Assembly: GCA_965153355.1 (NCBI GenBank)
Contig: OZ231126.1
Location: forward strand, 8,122,001 to 8,186,000
Length of the DNA stretch: 64,000 nucleotides
DNA from: Flaccisagitta enflata
Taxonomy: Eukaryota
Reading direction: 5' to 3'
How positions within the stretch are numbered: position 1 is the stretch's first letter; each line of letters opens with the position of its first letter. Both the position numbers and the translations under genes were made by a program. The notes beneath the pieces are model-generated. The model was not told the DNA's origin. It saw only the letters and a list, made by a program, of their open reading frames with translations, and did not search any database. This document shows, piece by piece, positions 52,722 to 64,000 of this stretch.

Positions 52722-53134
52722 GTAAGAAATTATATACGCTTGGCTTTTTTTGTGGGGAATTAATAACCACTATACTATAAGATATATACTTATCCTTTTA
52801 TGGGATGGTGTGACGCCATATATGGGTAGAAATAGGAGTCGGTAACAGACACAGACACAGGGTGCCATGCGCAAATTTCACGTTCATGTTTCGCGTTATT
52901 TGACACTGTTTCAAGTTTCCGGCCAACAAGAGAGAGAGGGTATTTTTTTGGAAGAAGTTAGGTTTGCCGGCGCACAAACCAGGACGTCGAAGAAATGGCA
53001 CCTCCACTCATAAGCCATTTCCGTTTCCCGACTCATCTCCTTCGCCGTCATTTCCTTTCATTTCTTCATCATTTTCCTCCATCGCTTCGTTTCTTCAATT
53101 TTTCATAAAAAAAAGAAAAAAAAATCTTCGTCAT

Positions 53135-53262
53135 TTTTTAGCCGCACGATAAGAGACTGTTTCCGTCCGTCCGTCTGTCCGTCCATTACACACAGTGTTT
53201 CAAATGTTGCTTTTGCCCCTGCCCAGCCGACTGCGACTGGTATTTGGCCATGTATTTAGCCA
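53135..53262 (+). mobile_element. Degenerate family A HINE in the putative first intron
   Basis: TTTTTAGCCGCAC, (GTCC)n, GCCCCTGCCC, GCGACTGG motifs. Confidence 0.5.
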
Positions 53263-54826
53263 ATTGCCGTGTCATATTTTGTATCAGTTTGGGAATCATT
53301 TCAAAAATAGTATCAAACCAACAACGCTAGATATCTTGAAAGAATTTTGTTAGAACAGAAGTTGTCAGAGATGAAAATGATGTTACTCAACAAGAGCTAT
53401 CTCTAATGATTGCAGATGACCATCTGAATGTCCTTCCTTTTCATCTCGCTTTTTCTGTCGTAAATTTTGGGCTAAATTCAGCTCCATTTCCGAAGTCAAA
53501 TCCATTTCCTCTCTAGCTTGTATTTTGTAACAGGAATGTAGAAAATGTCTCAGCATTAATTTGCGCAAATACTTTTACTATTCTCAAAGCAAGGGAGGCT
53601 TAATTTTCAATGACTGATAAAGCTTGAGCCTTGTAACTGGGTACCACTTCTTTGTTATTGTCGTTTCCAAGATTTTACGACAGTTTTTCTCTGATGTCAC
53701 CGCTCGCTTTAACCATTCTTTAAAATAAGGATCACATTCTATCTTGGCACGTCTATTTCATACATCCTTCATGTCGCTCCATTGCATTGGGTGTTAAATT
53801 GGCACATTCCCACCACTTTGCCCCATCTTGCTCCACTTTGCTTCATACTGCTCCATCTTGCTCCAGCTTGCGTCAGTTGGCACCATTTTGCCTCATTTTT
53901 GCCTCATTTTTGCCTCATTTTTGCCTCATTTTGCGTTGCTTCACCTCGTATTGGAATGATATAAACGAAAACAACTCAGCTCGCTTTAACTTCAACGCAA
54001 ATTACGATTTCCTTTTCTGACACAAAACAAGACGCGTTTTAGTTCGCTAAACCGCGACTCGCGGTCCGCGAGAAAACTTTATCACTTGTGATTCTGAATT
54101 AATCTATCATTTTGCCTTTGTTGATATGTTTTCGCTCTCGCCATGTTTAAGTGCTTTCTTAATCTGTTTCCTCACTCTCTCGTTCTCTCTCCTTTCTCTT
54201 TTACTTCTTCTCACTTTCCCTCCATTACCACCCTCGTTACTTATTTCCACCCCCCCCCCTCCCCATTCCCGTCATGATTTCCTTACCCATACCGTTGCCC
54301 TTACCGTCCTTAACCCATTATCATTATCTCCTTACCCATATACCCCGACACTCAACCCTCATACGCTCTGCCCATTCATTCCGCCTTTTTGGCCTTGACT
54401 ATCTCCCTTATCCATTTCCCTCCCCCCCCCCAATTTTCCCTGCGCGTCATTGCCACCTGTTAACCGCCCCCCCTGCCCCTCTTTCTTAATGTTCCGCGGT
54501 CCCCCTCCCCGTCCTTTTCCCCTCCCCGTCCTTTTCCCCTCCCCGTCCTTTACCCCTGTCCAACTTTCACCTCTTCACTATCATTCTCCACATGTATTTA
54601 CGATCACCTGCGACACCGCGACACCGTCACCATCGTCATCATCACCATCGTCATCTTCACCGTCATGCTCCTCTTTCTCTCTCTCTCTCTCTCGTCATCT
54701 TCGTCTTCGGTCATTCGTCTTTCGTCATTCGTCCAACGTAAAGATGGTGTTGCTGTGAGGAATCAACAGAAGAAGAAGGTTCAACAGCAGACGGCGTCGC
54801 GTCACAAGCAGACGACGTCAAAGACA

Positions 54827-54908
54827 ATGACGCCATCGATATCCATGGCGTGGAAACTCATTATCGGCCTCGCCCTTTTGGCCGCAAACGCAGCAGCACA
54901 AGGAGGAG
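54827..54908 (+). CDS. First coding exon (partial CDS) encoding an N-terminal signal peptide, MTPSISMAWKLIIGLALLAANAAAQGG; product is an unidentified secreted or membrane protein
   Basis: Basic residue, hydrophobic core (LIIGLALLAA) and A-x-A cleavage motif (AAA|QG). Followed by canonical donor GAG|GTGAGT at 54909 in phase 1, typical of signal-peptide exons. Likely acceptor AG at 54742-54743 after a long pyrimidine-rich tract. Second in-frame ATG at 54845 (tccATGG). CpG-rich unique sequence. Confidence 0.7.
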
Positions 54909-54930
54909 GTGAGTTAACAACAACAACAAC

Positions 54931-55082
<152 letters not shown>

Positions 55083-55931
55083 TGGGAGAGAGAGAGAATG
55101 ATGCATGAAGATCGACCGACAAAAATAAATATCGACATAAACAAAAACAAAACAACACAATTCTTCTATCACCGCTTTTGCACAAAAAGAAAATGGGCTA
55201 AAATAGAATACATCTATTGAACGTTTCTTTTTTTATTCACACAATTTCCAAGAAACGACACAATATAAAAGCTTTCCCTTTTAAACTGTCGTCTAGTCGG
55301 TCTACCCAAAGCCCCCTTTCTCTTTAAGTACAATGAGGCTTTTTTTAAAAGTCCAATCGATAACATTTACTCACAAAATTACGTTAAGACTCGATATTTG
55401 ATAGTCTCCGCCGCACTTTTTTAAACTTTATTTCTTCCCTTTTTTTTTACTCTTCAATGGCTAAAAGAAAATAATAGAAGTTTGGGAAGAAAGAACTCAA
55501 ATCGAGCTATAAAAAACATTCATTGTGTAATCGTTTTTGACTTCTAGATTTCCTCTATTTCAATTTTTTTGAGTAATAAAGAAAAAATGAAGAAACAAGA
55601 AACAGTGAACAAGACCATGATTGCTATGATTGCTATGATTGCTATGATTGCTGTTGATAAAGGTCGGTGTATAGATATATGCAGCTGTCTCAGCGATTCA
55701 TCCTTTATCACGAATCGCAGAAGAATGAACGGACGGACGGATGGACGGACCGACGGACGGGCCGTCGAAATACTAGATATATACAAACGGGGCGAAAAGA
55801 CTAAATAAAGTGATACGATAGACGGAGCGATATAAACCAATAAAGAAGGCTCCATATCAGATAATGTTTTCAATCGTAAATTTTACGGTTTTCGTATTCT
55901 AAGAGAGAGACATCTGAGATGACTTAATTGA

Positions 55932-56477
55932 GGGCGTGTTTCCACTTACAACAATAATCGCGATTATCCCTGTCAAACGCGTTTACAGTGTGAACACATA
56001 TAGGTGGTCTAAGGGTATGTTTGCACTGACAACAAAAATCCTGATTGTTCCCATTAAAGGTGTTTACAGTGTGAACAAATATAGGTGGTCTTAGGGCATT
56101 TTTCTATTTACAACAATAATCGCAATTGTCCCTGTCAAATGCGTTTACAGTATGAACACATAAAGGTGGTTTTAGGGTATGTTTTCACTGACAACAAAAA
56201 TCCTGATTGTTCCCGTTAAAGGCCTTTGCAGTGTGAACACTTGACTGAGGGTGTTTCCACTGATAACAAAAATCACAATTATTCCTATTGATTGCGTTTG
56301 CAGCGTGAACATGAATTTCAACGAGGGAGAAAAAAGAGTAATTTAAAGCTTAGGGGTTCAGAACCAAGCAGTAAAGTAAGCAAATTTAGCGAAGTGACTG
56401 ACGTGAGCGAACAAACAAAGCGAGTGACCGAGTGGCCCATTTAAAACGCGACTGTCCTTATATTTTGAAACAGGCCC
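55932..56477. mobile_element. Family D MITE with tandemly reiterated terminal segment (~81 bp x5)
   Basis: TSD TGA on both sides; GGG(C/T)(G/A)TGTTT..ACT units starting at ~55932, 56012, 56093, 56174 and 56248. Confidence 0.8.
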
Positions 56478-56659
56478 TGAGTTAAGTTTCGTTTCATGTT
56501 TTCTTTCGTTTGTCTTTTTAGGTGCGCCATAGCACCTCTATGAGAGGCTCTGTCTGTCGGTTGGTTGGTTGGTCGGTTGGTCGGTCACGTCACGCTCGAG
56601 TTGAAAATCTCGAAAAGAAGCAAAAATCACTGCAAATGATTCAGAAATATGCTTGGATG

Positions 56660-58102
56660 ATTTTTAGATGCGCCATAGCATCTCTATAAGAAGCTCTGTC
56701 CATCCGTCCGTCCATCCGTCGGTCACGCTTGAATGAAAAATCGCTAAAAATGTTTGAAATCAATAGGAAACTCATTTCGTTCATCATAAATGATACTAAT
56801 ATATCACAAATGATATACATCATAAATGATATCATATATATCGTATCATATGTATCATATATCATCATATATATCATCATATATATCATCATATATATCA
56901 TTATGTATATCATCATATATATCATTATATATATCATCATATATATCATCATATATATCATCATATATATCATCATATATATTATCATATATATCATCAT
57001 ATGTATCATCGTATATATCAAATAATATATCATCGTATACATCATCATATATATCATATATCATATACCATATATCATATACCATATATCATATATCATA
57101 TATCATATATTCATATATCATATATCATATCATATATCATATCATAAATCATATCATAAATCATATCATATATCATATCATATATCATATCATATATCAT
57201 ATCATATATCATATCATATATCATATATCATATATCATATCATATATCATATCATATATCATATCATATATCATATCATATATCATATCATATATCATAT
57301 CATATATCATATCATATATCATATCATATATCATATCATATATCATATCATATATCATATCATATATCATATCATATATCATATCATATATCATATCATA
57401 TATCATATCATATATCATATCATATATCATATCATATATCATATCATATATCATATCATATATCATATCATATCATATATAATATCATATCTCATCTCAT
57501 ATCATATCTCATATCATATCTCATATCATATCTCATATCATATCATATATCCTGTCATATATCGTATCATATATTATATATCATATATCACATCTTATAT
57601 CATATCATGTATATCATATATATCATATGTATCATATATATCATATATATCATATATATCATATATATCATATATATCATATATATCATATATATCATAT
57701 ATATCATATATGTATATCATATATATCATATATATCATAAATGATACTAATATAATCAGCTACGGTTAGGTCTTATAGAGCTGGGGATAGGTCGGATAGG
57801 TCTGGTGATAGGTCGGATAGGTCTTAGGATAGGTCTGATAGAGCTGGGGATAGGTCTGATAGAGCTCGGGAGAGGCCTGATAGAGCTCGGGATAGGTCTT
57901 ATAGAGCTAGGAATGGTCTGATAGAGCTAGGGATAGGTCTGATGGAGCTAGGGATAGCTATGGATTAATAATGCCCGGCGGGATAGGTCTGATAGAGCTA
58001 GGAATGGTCTGATAGAGCTAGGGATAGGTCTGATGGAGCTAGGAATAGCTATGAATAAATAACGCTCGGCGCACCGTCTTGGCCCGTGTATACGGCCTTG
58101 TT
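56660..58102 (+). mobile_element. Family B HINE inflated by internal satellites; a second 5' end lies at ~56515
   Basis: TTTTTAGATGCGCCATAGCATCT 5' hairpin and GGCCCGTGTATACGGCCTTGTT 3' end enclose ATATC arrays and a 21-bp repeat. Confidence 0.65.
56800..57740. repeat. AT-rich (ATC/ATATC)-derived satellite with 12-bp and 9-bp phases
   Basis: (ATCATATATATC)n, (ATATCATATCAT)n and (ATATATCAT)n. Confidence 0.9.
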
Positions 58103-58701
58103 TCTATCTTTATCTCATCCCTTTTCTGTTGCTTTTGTCTCTCTCTGCACCTCGACAAATTTCCCTCAATATTTTTCCTTCTTTCAGCGAACATTTCTAG
58201 ACTTTCTTAAGATTTGCATATAATATCAATTGACGAAAAAAAAAAAAGAGACCCAACTTTTTATGGCATACCGTGGTTCATTCATAAATTACGGCACGTA
58301 TCATAAAGAATAAAAGGGGTCTATTTTCAGGATTTATTTTTTTTGCCGGTTTAACAACTTTTTTGGGCTAAATTTATGAGCATTCTTTTTTTTTTCATGC
58401 ACATTTATCAACATGTTCCCATTGAAGAAAGGCGTGTTGAATATCTTTGGAGGCTCCGCGGCAGTTTTACACCGTAGAATTTGAAACTCAATGTGCTATA
58501 AAAACCACCCTTTAGGTTGGGCGTTCCCAAAAGGCTAAATTCAAGAAAAAAAGTTCAAGAAAAAAAAAAGCTTAAAAAGAATTGTTTTTTTTTTCCTCTG
58601 GAGCAGTTTAATCGCTGGATCAAGAAGAAATATGAAAGATTACAATCTATGAGTAAGCAAGATGTAGAAAAATGAAGTGGTTATTGTTGCACACACACTT
58701 T

Positions 58702-59168
<467 letters not shown>

Positions 59169-59309
59169 GTCTATTTCAATATCCAAAATGATGGAAAACC
59201 TTGCTCAATATCAAATTATTCATAATTTGCTGTCTGTATATTGGTTCTTTAATCCGACTTTTTTTTCTGTCAGTTATTCTATCTCACAACTACCTGTTTC
59301 TCTTCGAGC

Positions 59310-59389
<80 letters not shown>

Positions 59390-59599
59390 GTGCTTCCTTA
59401 TGAAAACACCATCAAAAGTTAAAAGATAAAAATGGACCCTTTGCCTCCTCCTCCTCCTCCTCCTCCTCATCATCTTCTTCCTCCTCCCCCCTTCCCCCCC
59501 TCATCTGCCCCAAGCCCAAATCTTAAGAAAGTATCCAGTTTCTTGCGGGAAACAGACCGTCTGATATCCCCGATGCGAACGTCTGTCTGATTACTTAAC

Positions 59600-59697
<98 letters not shown>

Positions 59698-60058
59698 AAC
59701 AGACAGTTGAACAGACAGGCGGATAGACAAAAAAAAGTCAAAAGAACTGACCGGACACCGTCTGTCTCGCGAGACAGATGGATAGACCTAATGTTTATAA
59801 ATGGTAAATCTCAACTTTTCAACTCTTTCTTATTAAGAGGATTTTTTCTTCTTTACTTAATTTTGACTGGCTTCCAACAATAGACAAAAAAAAACCGTTT
59901 TTTATTACCACATACATATTTCATTTCAAATGTTACAGAGTAAAAAAATCTCTAGATTTGCACCTTCATCATCAGTGAGTTCTGATATGATTTTGCTTTG
60001 GTTGTTAAAGTTAAACTCCGCAATAGCGGATGTCATGTATGTTATTGCCACTTTAAGA

Positions 60059-60416
60059 AACAAGGCCGGAAACACGGCAATCCAGTCGCGGACAGTTGGG
60101 CAGGAGCAGGACCGACATGGTAAGGTGTAGAGTCGCGTGTCCGCGACTAAAAAAGAAAGAAAAGAAATAATGTAAAAAGACACAGAGACTTCATGTCCCT
60201 TAAGTGTGGATCTCCGTTACTAAGGGATCCGTTATTCAAATAACAAGGCCGGATACACGGCCAATACCAGTCGCGGACGGGTGGGCAGGGGCGGAAATGC
60301 GTGTTTTCCCACTTTTCGACTCGAGCGTGACGGACCAACGGACCGACGGACCGACCGACCGACGGACGGACGGACGGACAAAGCCTCTTATAGAGTCGCT
60401 AGTCCGCGACTAAAAA
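60059..60416 (-). mobile_element. Two adjacent family A HINEs (60059-60153, a minimal ~95-bp copy; 60242-60416)
   Basis: Both run AACAAGGCCGGA.ACACGGC...AGTCGCGGAC...AGAGTCGC...CCGCGACTAAAA. Confidence 0.8.
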
Positions 60417-61104
60417 CGTTGTCAGACGGCAGGTTTTTTTTACACACTGACGGGAAAACGGATGAACTGACGGATCGATTGAAGGAAATTTGAAAACGTG
60501 GCCCAGTTAAGAAGAAAAGGGTTATGGCCTGCAGGACTATTGTCGTTGTTGTTGACGTTGTTGTTGTTCTCGTCGTTGTTGTTGTACTCACCTTGTTTTG
60601 CCTTCAACCTGAGTGCCTTAAAATCCTTTCAATCAGCCTTCATCAATGTTGATTCGTTGAAATCTTTCAAAAATACGAAAGAAAAAAAAAAGAAAATTGC
60701 TGCGAGGCCAAACTGAAGATATATGAGCCGGGGCTGAGGCTAGGTATAGGAAAGGGGGGCTGGTGCAGGAACGACTGGGGGGGGAGGTTGATGATTTGAT
60801 ACATAAACGGGTGGGGGAGTGAGGGGGCGGGAAGAAAATTGAATGGGTGAATGAGAGGGATTGTCGATTGATAGAAGTCTGGGCCATGTGCCTGTGCCTG
60901 TGCCTGTGCTTGTGCCTGTGCCTGTGCCTGTGCCTGTGTCAATTTGCTCTTTCAAGCACCTCCCAGTATATTCTGTATCTGTTAATGTGGCTTCGTCCTA
61001 GTTTCTGTTCCTTTGTCCCCTTATGTCAATGTCTCTGTATGCTAGTTTGTCTGTATGTTTGTGTGTCTGTCCATCTCTCTGTCTGTCTGTGCGTCTGTCA
61101 AACA

Positions 61105-61198
<94 letters not shown>

Positions 61199-61353
61199 GA
61201 AGGCGGACTAGGTCAATCTCTGGGCCCAGATTACCTTAGGAAAAACTATTTTCTCTTCTATTATTTGTTTCTCTTTTTGTTTTTTTTTCATCTCTTTTTT
61301 ACTTTCTTTTTCTTGTTTTTTCTTTATTATCTTTCTTTCTTTCTTTCTTTCAT

Positions 61354-61421
<68 letters not shown>

Positions 61422-61422
61422 T

Positions 61423-61457
<35 letters not shown>

Positions 61458-61566
61458 GTGTTTCTGTCTGTCTGTTTGTGAGTTTCTGTCCGTTTATATT
61501 TATCTGTCTTTTTTTTCTCTCTCTCTCTTATTTTCTCTTTCTCTTTTTCTCTCTGTCTGTCTGTCA

Positions 61567-61684
<118 letters not shown>

Positions 61685-61851
61685 TTTTGTCCTTCTGTCT
61701 TGGCCTAAATTTCTTTTTTTTGATTTTTCAAAGAGATATTCTTTATAGTTTTTGAGAAAATAACCTTCAATTCAAGTCAAATTTCGCCTCTTGACTCTTT
61801 TCATCTTGCCCTGAATTTTCCGTGGGTGATCGGCTCTGCGTGGGCTTTTAT

Positions 61852-61959
<108 letters not shown>

Positions 61960-62222
61960 ATTTGTGTCTATGCTTCAGAATATGACGAGTTTTTTTTTCT
62001 AGGCTGACTGATCGAGTATATCTGGCGCAATCGATTTGGGCCCACAGTCTGCAACATTTGTCCTCCGTTTCCCTTATCTACCCACAGCTGCCCACATTTG
62101 CCGCCAGTTACCCACAGTTTCCCACAGTTGGTGATATCGCCGTTATATTTTTCCCCTGAAATGTAACGACTTTTGTGAGCCTTTTTCGGAAAAAGAGGCA
62201 AAAACTGATGCCGCTTTGTTTG

Positions 62223-62305
<83 letters not shown>

Positions 62306-62366
62306 CTCTTTCTCTCTTTCTTTCTCTTTCCCACCCCCGTCATTAGCGGGCATTGCATTCCTGCAT

Positions 62367-62473
<107 letters not shown>

Positions 62474-62719
62474 GAGGTTAACATGTGTTTCTCCTTAAAA
62501 TTCGTTGAAGGGAAAAGCGAATGATTTTCATCGGCAGCCATCTTGTTTTCTCAGACTGATTAAAAGAATTTCTAAAAAATAAAAAAAAAGAATAAATAAA
62601 GAAGATTAGAAAAAGGTCCAGCTCCAGCCTGTCTGTCTTGGCTTTCTTTTTTTTGTTTCCCGCTTTTTTTTCCCTGTTGTTAAATTCTGATGAGCCGGGT
62701 CCTAACATCTAGAAAGGTT

Positions 62720-63240
62720 ACGACGTTCTTGCTTTGTGTGTCTTGTATCTTGTGTCTTGTGTTTTGTATCTTGTATCTTGTATCTTGTATCTTGTATCTT
62801 GTATCTTGTATCTTGTGACTTGTATCTTGTATCTTGTGTATTGTGTCCAGAGAGATTCAGACGTTCTTGCTTCATGTGTCTTGTGCCTTGTGCCTTGTGC
62901 CTTGTGTCTTGTGTCTTGTGTCATGTGTCATATGTCTTGTGTCTTGTATCTTGTGTCTTGTGTCCTGTGTCGTGTGTCTTGTTTCCTGTGTCTAGTGTCT
63001 TGTGTTTAGAGAGGTTACATCGTTCTTGCTTTTTGTTACTTGTGTTTTACATCTTGCTTCTTGTGTCTTGTCTTGTGTCTTTTTTTTTTTGTCTTTTGTC
63101 TTGTGTCTAGAGAGGTCACGATGTTCTTGCTTCAAGTTCCTTGTGTTTTGTATCATGTGTCTTATGCCAGGTGTCTTGAGAGTTGAGTCTTGTGCCTTGT
63201 GTCTTTTGTCAGGTGTCTTGTGTCTTCTGGCCTTTGTCTC
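62720..63240. repeat. 7-bp repeat (TCTTGTG/TCTTGTA)n punctuated by GTTCTTGCTT
   Basis: Read directly from the sequence. Confidence 0.85.
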
Positions 63241-63301
63241 GTGTCTGTTTGTCTCTCTTTCTTCGTTTCTGTCCACTTGCCCATTTGTCTGTCTGACATG
63301 A

Positions 63302-63380
<79 letters not shown>

Positions 63381-63510
63381 CTCTGCTCGCTCATTTCTGT
63401 TCGCTCGCTCGTTGAAATGCGCGAGCTGTCGAAAGATTTGGATGTTGATCTGCGATGGTTATCTTAAATCACGTGACTACACTCGCGCCTTTTCCTATTT
63501 CCTCTTAACC

Positions 63511-63606
<96 letters not shown>

Positions 63607-63829
63607 GAGAGCGTGTATATGTGTGTATTGAGTACAAACCGAATAGGAAGATGCTTGTTGTTGTTTCATCAGAGAGTGTTATTAAGCGTATGGTCCGAGT
63701 TGTTTTTGTTTCCTCTTTACTGCGATTCCCTTTTATTTCTATTGCTCTTTTTTCTTTTTTCAACCATTCAGCGGCGGATACAGAAATATGCTCCAATCGC
63801 CTCAGGACTGTGAATTGAAAGAGGGAATA

Positions 63830-64000
<171 letters not shown>

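Noticed and set aside
51948..52763. 271-aa ORF
   Set aside because: It is made of (GAA)n and other low-complexity translation, has a non-ATG start, and overlaps the putative promoter and 5' UTR.

Overview
This is eukaryotic, almost certainly animal, genomic DNA. It is extremely rich in simple repeats and short transposons, a composition reminiscent of malacostracan crustacean genomes, but that assignment is inference only. There are no prokaryotic genes, RNA genes or CRISPR arrays, and nearly all listed ORFs are microsatellite artefacts. The window is dominated by (i) many microsatellites and several minisatellites (40, 44, 77/78 and ~162 bp units); (ii) at least three families of short elements with Helentron/DINE-1 (HINE)-like architecture, about 30 copies or fragments; and (iii) non-autonomous cut-and-paste elements with readable target-site duplications (TSDs): TA (Tc1/mariner/pogo), 3 bp (PIF/Harbinger) and 8 bp (hAT). 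These are often nested several levels deep and include two large foldback structures (10750-17695 and 25223-27970). The only credible gene signal is the 5' end of a + strand gene for a secreted or membrane protein: a cluster of reverse CCAAT boxes (~51923-52070), a CpG-rich putative non-coding exon ending at 52721, and a signal-peptide exon (ATG 54827/54845, phase-1 donor at 54909) whose intron appears to run beyond the window. I found no autonomous transposase and no convincing novel protein-coding system.
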